A DNA stretch of 64,000 nucleotides from Macrostomum lignano (Eukaryota). The stretch spans positions 1 through 64,000 of the forward strand of contig NIVC01002874.1 in assembly GCA_002269645.1 (NCBI GenBank). The letters run 5' to 3'. Positions 52,187 through 64,000 of the stretch are shown piece after piece (position 1 is the stretch's first letter; each line of letters starts with the position of its first letter). The notes under the pieces are model-generated. The model ran no database searches. It was not told the DNA's origin and saw only the letters and a list, made by a program, of their open reading frames with translations. Position numbers and translations under genes: made by a program.

Positions 52187-52831
52187 TCAGCCTCGCCAAT
52201 CGTCCCCATTGATGTCGTCCTCATCGTCGCTGCTGACTTCGGCGTCGATGAACTCCAGCACGGCTGCCGGGTCGAATGGCTTCAACGAGGAGGCGACTCC
52301 GTCCGGTCGTTCTTCGCCGCCGACGCTGTAGTCGGTGAGCATAGCAACGGTTGCTAGGGGCTCGTCGCCAGGCGCCGGCTGACGAACGGCGAGTCTCCGG
52401 TGACGCAGGCGGGCGCAGCAGAGGTAGCCGAGCACCAGCAGCAGCAGCAGCAGCAGGGCTACAAAAAGGAACACCGATACGAATGCCGCAGTGCTGAGGT
52501 CGAGAGTCGACGGCAGCAGCGGGATGTCGCAGTTGTAGCCGGTGTAGCCGCTCGGACACTCGCAGCTCGGCTGGTCCAGCCGCTCCTCAATCCGGCTGTG
52601 CGCCACCGACCATTTCACCGCCACGGTGCAGCGGCCGCCGTTGGCGCAGTAGATCTGCTCGTGCGGCTCGCATGGCACCTTGCGGAATACAAACGGGCGA
52701 AGGTATTCAGCTGGCGGCAGCTGCACCCGGGCTGGCTGGCGGCCGCAGGCGTCCACAACTAGCGGCGTAGACGCCAGCAACAGCGGCAACAGTGATGGAA
52801 GTAGCGACTTGGCGAATGAGTACTGTCGCAT
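52187..52831 (-). CDS. Single-EGF type-I membrane protein (TGF-alpha/Spitz-like EGF-family ligand precursor), intronless, 214 aa
   Basis: Signal peptide (LLPSLLPLLLASTPLVVDA), EGF C-x7-C-x5-C-x21-C-x-C-x8-[28 protein letters not shown], a basic stop-transfer RLRHRR and an acidic tail. A (GCN)n tract lies in the 5' leader at 52835-52910. Confidence 0.85.
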   Translation of the reverse strand: MRQYSFAKSLLPSLLPLLLASTPLVVDACGRQPARVQLPPAEYLRPFVFRKVPCEPHEQIYCANGGRCTVAVKWSVAHSRIEERLDQPSCECPSGYTGYNCDIPLLPSTLDLSTAAFVSVFLFVALLLLLLLVLGYLCCARLRHRRLAVRQPAPGDEPLATVAMLTDYSVGGEERPDGVASSLKPFDPAAVLEFIDAEVSSDDEDDINGDDWRG

Positions 52832-53441
52832 GTCGCTCTGCCGCTGCTGCTGCCGCTGCCACCGCCGCTGCCACCGCCGCTGCCGCCGCCGCAGCCGCAG
52901 CTGCCGCCGTCACGAGAAAGTAGATACCGTGACTACTGCAGCATAACTATACTGATGATTGTTGACGCGGCAATTTTGCTAGCACTCTATGCTGCCTTAA
53001 TATTGTAGCAATTTGCTACTTATTGGCATTGGATTTGCTAGAACTTCAAATTCAACTGCTCAGAAGAGAAACAAAACATATCGGTAGCAGGTATTATACA
53101 GCTGATGATGGGAAGGCGAGGGGAATCTATTGGATGCGGGAAAACGGTGGTTTTTTTTCTGTTGCAGACAGCCACGCAGCAGGGCAGCAAGTGTTGGAAA
53201 TGGGAGGTCGGCTTGGCTTCCCCGTATTTTAGGGCCAAAGTTGGCCCCACCTCCACCCAGGGTGCGCTGGCCCGCTGCAATCTCTCTCTTCCCTACCCCA
53301 CCCACCCTATGCAGCCATGAAGAATAGACGAGAAAGGCCTACTTACTGCCGCGCCAACCCCCCCCCACCGCTGGCATAGGCCGATTGCGTACATGGCCTG
53401 AATCGCCCCCACCCAAGCAGCTGGGCTCCGTATGGTACGCA

Positions 53442-53476
<35 letters not shown>
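53442..53476. repeat. (CA)n microsatellite
   Basis: Direct inspection. Confidence 0.9.
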
Positions 53477-54265
53477 TGGAGCTCTAACGCCCTTCACATT
53501 CACCATTCTGCGGCTTCACACAACGGCTGGGCTGAGGTGGTGGTAGGGGTGGGGAGAGAAGGGATTGAAGTGGGCGAGATAGAGGGGCAGAGAGGCGATA
53601 AAGGGAAGGGATTAATTTAAGAACTAAACGTGGAATAAATGCTTCTTGACGTCGATGTTGCTCATTGGGTTTGGAGGTTTGGCAGTTGACTACAGCTTGC
53701 TGTTTGTGTGTTAGAGTCGGGGATGAATGGAGGAGGGGGAGATGAAGGGAGACTCATGAGAGACACGGGTGAGATGAAGGGATTACTGAAATGAAGGGAA
53801 GAGAGGGAGACTCAAGAAAGACACCAGTGAGATGAAGGAAGACTCAGAAGCAACCACAAGATTGGAATGGTAGGAGATTCAGCTGGGGAAGTGAGAAGTG
53901 CGAGCCTCAACGAGTTCGTAAGCCCACTTGCCCCGAGAGTCCCGTTATCTACACAAATATTCGCCCACGAAGTCCCCCAAACTCCGTGCATAGCTGGCCT
54001 TTTCCTGCGCGTTATACTCGCAGCTATTTTTGGGCAAATATTGTTTGTTCCACAAGTCGCCAAATTAGTAGAACAATGTCAGCCTTACGTCCACCACATG
54101 CATGCAGACTTATCACTCAGAGCGTGAAAATGAGCAGACTTTGGACTAAATCTTCTACGTGCTCGCTGTCTAATTCGCCTTCGTATCTGAAAAACAGAAT
54201 TACTAATGCAGCACGATAACTCTATTAATAGGACATCACAAAGGCTATTATAGTAGATAAATGGG

Positions 54266-56034
<1,769 letters not shown>

Positions 56035-56504
56035 GGTAGCAGCTGAAGCAAAACCGCATTCTTCGCAGCGAGTTCCCATGAAGCCAGTGGCCGAGAGTGT
56101 GGTCTCTCCAGTCTGCAGTTTCTCGATTAATTATTTTTGCGTGTATCAAACATTTTCTTGTTGCTCGCGTGGCTGCATGCACAGACTATACTAGCTGTAA
56201 CTAGCTGTAAGCAAGGGTTATTGTGTACACTTGCAAGGAACTTATACAGCCTTGTTCGAGTCAAACCGTGCTATGCATGCAATAAAGACGCCCAACCGCT
56301 GTGTGAATAGCAAGGCCAATTCCAGATCAAGTTGCAATTCAAGGCTTAGAGCCCCTTGTGTAGCGGCATTGAAATGCGAAGGCAGCTGCTGTGCGCAATA
56401 CAGAACAACGACCTCTGCCATTTTCGGAACCACCATTATGCCACACAGTTTATTTTATCTTGTTAGAATGGGGATGCTGATGTTCTTTGTAGCTAGGAGA
56501 TGTG

Positions 56505-59194
56505 GATTTAATGGTGTCTTATCCCCAATATGAGACTGCATGGGATTTTAGTGTGTCTCATCCCCAATATGAGACTGCATGGGATTTTAGTGTGTCTCAT
56601 ATGATATGAGACAGCATGGGATTTTAGTGGTGTCTCGATCATCCCCAATATGAGACTGCATGGGATTTTAGTGTGTCTCATCCCCAATATGAGACTGCAT
56701 GGGATTTTAGTGTGTCTCATATGATATGAGACAGCATGGGATTTTAGTGGTGTCTCGATCATCCCCAATATGAGACTGCATGGGATTTTAGTGGTGTCTC
56801 GATCATCCCCAATATGAGACTGCATGGGATTTTAGCGGTGTCTCATCCCCAATATGAGACTGCATGGGATTTTAGTGGTGTCTCGATCATCCCCAATATG
56901 AGACTGCATGGGATTTTAGTGGTGTCTCGATCATCCCCAATATGAGACTGCATGGGATTTTAGTGGTGTCTCGATCATCCCCAATATGAGACTGCATGGG
57001 ATTTTAGTGGGGGTGTCTCGATCATCCCCAATATGAGACTGCATGGGATTTTAGTGTGTCTCATATGATATGAGACAGCATGGGATTTTAGTGGTGTCTC
57101 GATCATCCCCAATATAAGACTGCATGGGATTTTAGTGGTGTCTCGATCATCCCCAATATGAGACTGCATGGGATTTTAGTGTGTCTCATATGATATGAGA
57201 CTGCATGGGATTTTAGCGGTGTCTCATCCCCAATATGAGACTGCATGGGATTTTAGCGGTGTCTCATCCCCAATATGAGACAGCATGGGATTTTAGTGGT
57301 GTCTCGATCATCCCCAAATGAGACTGCATGGGATTTTAGTGGTGTCTCGATCATCCCCAATATGAGACTGCATGGGATTTTAGTGGGGGTGTCTCGATCA
57401 TCCCCAATATGAGACTGCATGGGATTTTAGTGGTGTCTCGATCATCCCCAATATGACTCTGCATGGGATTTTAGCGGTGTCTCATCCCCAATATGAGACT
57501 GCATGGGATTTTAGTGGTGTCTCGATCATCCCCAATATGAGACTGCATGGGATTTTAGTGGTGTCTCGATCATCCCCAATATGAGACTGCATGGGATTTT
57601 AGTGGTGTCTCGATCATCCCCAATATGAGACTGCATGGGATTTTAGTGTGTCTCATCCCCAATATGAGACTGCATGGGATTTAAGTGTGTCTCATCCCCA
57701 ATATGAGACTGCATGGGATTTTAGTGGTGTCTCGATCATCCCCAATATGAGACTGCATGGGATTTTAGTGTGTCTCATATGATATGAGACAGCATGGGAT
57801 TTTAGTGGTGTCTCGATCATCCCCAATATGAGACTGCATGGGATTTTAGTGGTGTCTCGATCATCCCCAATATGAGACTGCATGGGATTTTAGTGGTGTC
57901 TCGATCATCCCCAATATGAGACTGCATGGGATTTTAGTGGTGTCTCGATCATCCCCAACATGAGACTGCATGGGATTTTAGCAGTGTCTCATCCCCAATA
58001 TGAGACAGCATGGGATTTTAGTGGTGTCTCGATCATCCCCAATATGAGACTGCATGGGATTTTAGTGGTGTCTCATCCCCAATATGAGACTGAATGGGAT
58101 TTTAGTGGTGTCTCATCCCCAATATGAGACTGCATGGGATTTTAGCGGTGTCTCATCCCCAATATGAGACAGCATGGGATTTTAGCGGTGTCTCGATCAT
58201 CCCCAATATGAGACTGCATGGGATTTTAGTGGTGTCTCATCCCCAATATGAGACTGCATGGGATTTTAGTGGTGTCTCGATCATCCCCAATATGAGACTG
58301 CATGGGATTTTAGTGGTGTCTCGATCATCCCCAATATGAGACTGCATGGGATTTTAGCGGTGTCTCATCCCCAATATGAGACAGCATGGGATTTTAGTGG
58401 TGTCTCGATCATCCCCAATATGAGACTGCATGGGATTTTAGTAGTGTCTCATCCCCAATATGAGACTGCATGGGATTTTAGTGGTGTCTCGATCATCCCC
58501 AATATGAGACTGCATGGGATTTTAGTGGTGTCTCATCCCCAATATGAGACTGCATGGGATTTTAGCGGTGTCTCGATCATCCCCAATATGAGACTGCATG
58601 GGATTTTAGTGGTGTCTCATCCCCAATATGAGACTGCATGGGATTTTAGCGGTGTCTCATCCCCAACATGAGACTGCATGGGATTTTAGTGGTGTCTCGA
58701 TCATCCCCAATATGAGACTGCATGGGATTTCAGTGGTGTCTCGATCATCCCCAATATGAGACTGCATGGGATTTTAGCGGTGTCTCATCCCCAATATGAG
58801 ACTGCAAGGGATTTCAGCGGTGTCTCGATCATCCCCAATATGAGACTGCATGGGATTTTAGTGGTGTCTCATCCCCAATATGAGACTGCATGGGATTTTA
58901 GCGGTGTCTCATCCCCAATATGAGACTGCAAGGGATTTTAGTGGTGTCTCGATCATCCCCAATATGAGACTGCATGGGATTTTAGCGGTGTCTCATCCCC
59001 AATATGAGACTGCAAGGGATTTTAGCGGTGTCTCGATCATCCCCAATATGAGACTGCAAGGGATTTCAGCGGTGTCTCATCCCCAACATGAGACTGCATG
59101 GGATTTTAGTGGTGTCTCATCCCCAATATGAGACTGCATGGGATTTTAGTGGTGTCTCATCCCCAATATGAGACTGCATGGGATTTTAGTGGTG
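56505..59194 (+). repeat. 39/44-bp satellite (ATGAGACTGCATGGGATTTTAGTGGTGTCT[CGATC]CATCCCCAAT), ~2.7 kb
   Basis: Interspersed long and short variants, about 65 copies. Confidence 0.97.
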
Positions 59195-59718
59195 TTAGTA
59201 CGAGACTAGGATTTCAGGCATTTGAATACCCAGCAGTGCAGTTTATAAATCAGAAAAGTTCTCTCAAAACATTCGTTTTCCAGTTTTATTGTATTTTGTC
59301 ATTGCAGCGAATCCAGAGCTGCAGCCACACGCATGCGGGTAGCCCAGAATCTGGACGGGAAATTCAGTTGCACAGGAAGAGAGGAAAACTTGATACAGAG
59401 AAATCCAATTCCATGCATTGAGAGAAGTTTCGGTATGCTTGAAAATAAAAGGCATATACACATATGTATACTTTGTTTAAACATTATTTTATCCTGGTTG
59501 TAGTCCAATATGCAGGAGATACACTTTATAGCTTAAATATCACATACCTCAGATAGAGACTCACTTTTAGTGTATGGGACTGCGTACCGTAATGCATTAA
59601 ATGATTTTTAGGGAACTACCGCAGGCTCGAGACACTATACATGTAATATAATACCAACCCTGGAGATCCAGGCCCCGCGAATCGAATCGTATGTACGCAA
59701 CTGGCTGAGCCAAATCAA

Positions 59719-60222
59719 ATGGCACCCCGATACCGAATGCTATTAACGGTTCAAGTTGAAGACTTCATTTTGCTCGGCCTCGCCTGCCAGTTCGTGGAGC
59801 CGCCTGCCGCCACCAAGTCGGCTGGCTACTGGACTCCGGCTGAGCTCACGAGAACCTGGACCGACACGTACTGCTGCTGCGATGAGCTGCAGCCAGTGGC
59901 CTCGCTGCAGGCCTGCCTGGTCAGAGCTTCCCTGTGTGGCAGCAGGTGCCGCAGCGCTCTGTACAACAGCCGGCTGGCCGCCTGCCGCCTGCTGCAGTTC
60001 GCCGACATCGAGAGCAGCCCGAACTGGGTCAAGTTGGTTCAGGGGCTGAGTGGGTCAAGCTGGTCAGGGTCTGAGTGGGTCAAGTTGGTTCAGGGGCTGA
60101 GTGGGTCAAGCTGGTCGGGGGCAGAGTTTTGTAAGAAAAGCGTTGCTAAAATTTCTGCTTCTCAAGCAATTATGGTTGCTGCAGGACATGAACATTGCAC
60201 CATGTTTAATATATATTTCTAA
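59719..60222 (+). CDS. PAN/Apple-like domain ORF whose C-terminal part runs through a 25/26-bp repeat
   Basis: VASLQACLVRASLCGSRCRSALYNSRLAACRLL fits the PAN C-x6-8-C...C-x-S-x2-Y-x6-C-x-L pattern, and 59770-60025 is GC-rich and coding-like. The ends are uncertain: possible acceptor ttcaag|59757 and donor TGG|gtcaag ~60027. Confidence 0.5.
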   Translation: MAPRYRMLLTVQVEDFILLGLACQFVEPPAATKSAGYWTPAELTRTWTDTYCCCDELQPVASLQACLVRASLCGSRCRSALYNSRLAACRLLQFADIESSPNWVKLVQGLSGSSWSGSEWVKLVQGLSGSSWSGAEFCKKSVAKISASQAIMVAAGHEHCTMFNIYF

Positions 60223-60670
60223 CGAATGCGCGAACGGATATAAATTAGTAGTTGTAAGAAAAACTCTTTAATAAGAAATATACTAGCAGAAATGTGGAAG
60301 GCATACATACAATACGGCAATCCAGTTAAGCTTCGTTGATTGGCTGGCTAACTGATTGCGGAGGTGAGGTGGGTGTATGAAGGGTTTCTTTTCTTTCACT
60401 CCATACCCCCGGCCCACCTCACCTTCAAAATCTCTCAACCAGCCAATCACGGGTCGTGAAGCAGAGGGGGAGGGGATTTTTCCTTTTGAATAAAAATTAT
60501 CGCCACTAAAAATTCTCAGTTAAAATACGGTTTGTAATTTCTGGTAAATAATTGTAAACTTAACTGTGTAAAAAATCGCAATAACCTATAAAATATTAAT
60601 GCATAAAAATTGTTAATCAAAACTTTTTAATGCTTGAAAAAATTTCTCCATAGGTGGCCGAAAGAAAAAA

Positions 60671-61327
60671 TTACACAAAAAAGTCTTCGAAGAAAGGTTC
60701 ATATTCTTCTTCCTGACAAACTGCGCAAACTTTGGACCTCGTGACCGGGTCTAGCTGTTTATATGCCTCTAGAGAAGTTATTTTATGCAAGTGGAATGTG
60801 AAACTGCAGGCGACAACTTCGCAAAAAATTAGAAACTCGACTTCATCAATACGCATTTCAATTGCCTGCCTTAAGTAGTACAGGAGGGACTCCATGTCTT
60901 GCTTTAAAGATGGATGCTTGAGATCCTGATGAAATCGCTGGCACTCGGACCGAATAAATTTCACCACCTTAGCCAGTGGAGAGACCATCTGGTACTCCTT
61001 GAAGAAAGCCATTGCCGGCATAACATTGCTGCTATTAAAAGCAACAGTCTCATTAGAAAACTCCGCAGAGAATGTAGACAGAAATTTAACTACAAAGCGA
61101 ACTGTGGAAGCCAACTTGCCAGGCAATTCAATGCGAGCTTCGGCCGCCTCTTTGAAGTTGGAATTCTTGTTGAGCATCACTCGGAACACCGGAGAGTGTA
61201 CGCACAGGACATAAGAGTTGGTCAATATCTCAACTTTAGGACCCGCTGTATCCGGAATGCCATCACCATCAGGCTCATCATCATAATCAACGAGCAGAAC
61301 AACAGGTCCGCATGTCAGCTTAGCCAT
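60671..61327 (-). CDS. BTB/POZ-domain protein, intronless, ~218 aa from ATG 61327
   Basis: VLLVD...VEILTNSYVLCVHSPVFRVML...FKEAAEARIELP...VVKFL...NSSNVMPAMAFFKEYQM fits the BTB consensus (H/N..VL...SPVF..M, F.E....I.L, A..Y.M), followed by a helical BACK-like region. Confidence 0.8.
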   Translation of the reverse strand: MAKLTCGPVVLLVDYDDEPDGDGIPDTAGPKVEILTNSYVLCVHSPVFRVMLNKNSNFKEAAEARIELPGKLASTVRFVVKFLSTFSAEFSNETVAFNSSNVMPAMAFFKEYQMVSPLAKVVKFIRSECQRFHQDLKHPSLKQDMESLLYYLRQAIEMRIDEVEFLIFCEVVACSFTFHLHKITSLEAYKQLDPVTRSKVCAVCQEEEYEPFFEDFFV

Positions 61328-61599
61328 ATCCTTGACTCCTCCTTGGCATCCGAAACAGACTGGGGCGGTTTGTAATAGCGCCACGCCCAATAGGGAAATT
61401 CGAACGGTATTAAAGACATCTTTTACGGTGATAAGATTAAATACTGCAACAGGAGAGACGTATATTTCAGTTCTAGATAATATAGAACAAGGGGATGAGA
61501 CACCACTAAACTCCCATGCAGTGGTGTCTCATCGCCAATATGTGACTAGAATTTTATTGGTGTCTTATCCCCACAAAGTACAAAGTATGACACACCGCT

Positions 61600-63058
61600 A
61601 AAATCCTAGTCTTATAATGAGGATGAGACTGTTGAGACACCGCTAAAATCCTAGTCTTATAATGGGGATGAGACACCACTAAAATCCTAGTCTTATATTG
61701 GGGATGAGACACCACTAAAATCCTAGTCTTATATTGAGGATGAGACACCACTAAAATCCTAGTCTTATATTGGGGATGAGACACCACTAAAATCCTAGTC
61801 TTATATTGAGGATGAGACACCACTAAAATCCTAGTCTTATATTGGGGATGAGACACCACTAAAATCCTAGTCTTATATTGGGGATGAGACACCACTAAAA
61901 TCCTAGTCTTATATTGGGGATGAGACACCACTAAAATCCTAGTCTTATATTGAGGATGAGACACCACTAAAATCCTAGTCTTATATTGAGGATGAGACAC
62001 CACTAAAATCCTAGTCTTATATTGGGGATGAGACACCACTAAAATCCTAGTCTTATAATGAGGATGAGACACCACTAAAATCCTAGTCTTATATTGAGGA
62101 TGAGACACCACTAAAATCCTAGTCTTATATTGGGGATGAGACACCACTAAAATCCTAGTCTTATATTGAGGATGAGACACCACTAAAATCCTAGTCTTAT
62201 ATTGGGGATGAGACACCACTAAAATCCTAGTCTTATATTGAGGATGAGACACCACTAAAATCCTAGTCTTATATTGGGGATGAGACACCACTAAAATCCT
62301 AGTCTTATAATGGGGATGAGACACCACTAAAATCCTAGTCTTATATTGGGGATGAGACACCACTAAAATCCTAGTCTTATATTGAGGATGAGACACCACT
62401 AAAATCCTAGTCTTATATTGAGGATGAGACACCACTAAAATCCTAGTCTTATATTGGGGATGAGACACCACTAAAATCCTAGTCTTATATTGAGGATGAG
62501 ACACCACTAAAATCCTAGTCTTATATTGAGGATGAGACACCACTAAAATCCTAGTCTTATAATGAGGATGAGACACCACTAAAATCCTAGTCTTATATTG
62601 GGGATGAGACACCACTAAAATCCTAGTCTTATAATGAGGATGAGACACCACTAAAATCCTAGTCTTATATTGGGGATGAGACACCACTAAAATCCTAGTC
62701 TTATATTGAGGATGAGACACCACTAAAATCCTAGTCTTATATTGGGGATGAGACACCACTAAAATCCTAGTCTTATATTGAGGATGAGACACCACTAAAA
62801 TCCTAGTCTTATAATGGGGATGAGACACCACTAAAATCCTAGTCTTATATTGAGGATGAGACACCACTAAAATCCTAGTCTTATAATGGGGATGAGACAC
62901 CACTAAAATCCTAGTCTTATATTGAGGATGAGACACCACTAAAATCCTAGTCTTATAATGAGGATGAGACACCACTAAAATCCTAGTCTTATATTGGGGA
63001 TGAGACACCACTAAAATCCTAGTCTTATATTGGGGATGAGACACCACTAAAATCCCTT
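61600..63058 (-). repeat. 36-bp satellite (ATGAGACACCACTAAAATCCTAGTCTTATATTGGGG), the reverse-complement relative of the 56.5-59.2 kb satellite
   Basis: The reverse complement CCCCAATATAAGACTAGGATTTTAGTGGTGTCTCAT aligns to the 39-bp unit with a 3-bp deletion. About 40 copies; it accounts for the (KTRILVVSHPQY)n ORF. Confidence 0.97.
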
Positions 63059-63094
63059 ACAGTTCATAATGAGGATGAGACAGGGGATAGGACA

Positions 63095-63520
63095 GCTGAG
63101 TGGGTCAAGTTGGTCAGGAGCTGATGGGTCAAGCTGGTCAGGAGCTGAGTGGGTCAAGCTGGTCAGGGTCTGAGTGGGTCAAGCTGGTCAGGAGCTGAGT
63201 GGGTCAAGCTGGTCAGGAGCTGAGTGGGTCAAGCTGGTCAGGAGCTGAGTGGGTCAAGCTGGTCAGGAGCTGGGTGGGTCGAGCTGGTCAGGAGCTGAGT
63301 GGGTCAAGCTGGTCAGGGTCTGAGTGGGTCAAGCTGGTCAGGAGCTGAGTGGGTCAAGCTGGTCAGGGTCTGAGTGGGTCAAGCTGGTCAGGAGCTGAGT
63401 GGGTCAAGTTGGTTAGGGTCTGGGTGGGTCGAGCTGGTCAGGAGCTGAGTGGGTCAAGTTGGTTAGGGTCTGGGTGGGTCGAGCTGGTCAGGAGCTGAGT
63501 GGGTCAATATAGTCAGGGCA
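63095..63520. repeat. 25-bp minisatellite (GGGTCAAGCTGGTCAGGAGCTGAGT), ~17 copies; start of a diverged duplicate of 60026-60470
   Basis: The same unit occurs in ~4 copies at 60026-60122, and the downstream flanks align (GCAGAGTTTT...GTTGCTAAAA...AAGCAATTATG). Confidence 0.95.
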
Positions 63521-64000
63521 GAGTTTTTGTCACAAAAGAGTTGCTAAAAACTCTGCTTTTGAAGCAATTATGTTCACTGTAAGACTTGAGCATTGCCAAG
63601 TTGAATATATTTTTGTACTAACGGATATAAATCTCAGTTGGAAGAAAAACCTTTAGTAAGAAATAAAGAAGCAGAAATATACAATTATCCAGCTTAAGAT
63701 AAAAACAGCTTTGCTTCGTCAGTCATCACAATATAAAAATAATACCTAATATGCTTGATCATTGTCCTTGTGTGTTTCTCAAAATGTAAAGTTGTACATT
63801 TTAAAACGTACAGAATACTCGCTAGAATATCTTGAAAAAATTGGCCAAGCGTTACTTTATGCTCCGCCACCTCCCTGATTGGCTGGCTAATTGATTGCGG
63901 AGGTGAGGTGGATGCAGGAGGGGTTTCGTATCTCTCACTCTATACGCCCACCCCACCTCCCAATCAGTCAACCAGCCAATCGCAGGTCATGAGGCAGATG

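Noticed and set aside
53940-54200. SLHACG (methyltransferase-like) and YEGEL fragments on the minus strand
   Set aside because: They are short, flanked by stops and lack consistent exon structure.
56505-59194. CRISPR-like appearance of the 39/44-bp and other arrays
   Set aside because: There are no unique spacers and no cas genes, and the context is eukaryotic.
61554-63047. 497-aa (KTRILVVSHPQY)n ORF
   Set aside because: The 36-bp satellite unit is a multiple of 3 and stop-free by chance. It begins at a non-ATG codon and no gene context supports it.

Overview
Eukaryotic, intron-containing and very repeat-rich animal DNA. The GC-rich exons, flatworm-type innexin and minisatellite-filled introns suggest a free-living flatworm such as Macrostomum (inference, not shown by the sequence). 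Genes I can reconstruct: the last two exons of a single-minded (sim) bHLH-PAS gene (+), a 2-exon VAP (-), an ADAR/ADAD-like gene with a matrin-type zinc finger, a dsRBD and a deaminase domain lacking its zinc/catalytic residues (-), an intronless innexin (+), a 3-exon FHL2/Limpet-like LIM gene (+), an RGG-rich CHTOP-like gene (-), an atypical EGF-family membrane ligand (-), a PAN/Apple-like ORF (+) and a BTB/POZ ORF (-). The rest is tandem repeats (units of 4-120 bp), a CORE-type tRNA-derived SINE, hAT-type elements with 8-bp TSDs, a 4.1-kb CMC/EnSpm-like element with cargo, a mariner relic, two Lep1-like Helitron fragments and a ~1.25-kb foldback palindrome. The best leads are the zinc-finger pseudo-ADAR and the Apple+BTB cassette bracketed by oppositely oriented related satellites, whose partial duplicate retains a hairpin. 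Most long ORFs in the supplied track are artefacts of tandem repeats. All alignments were done by eye.
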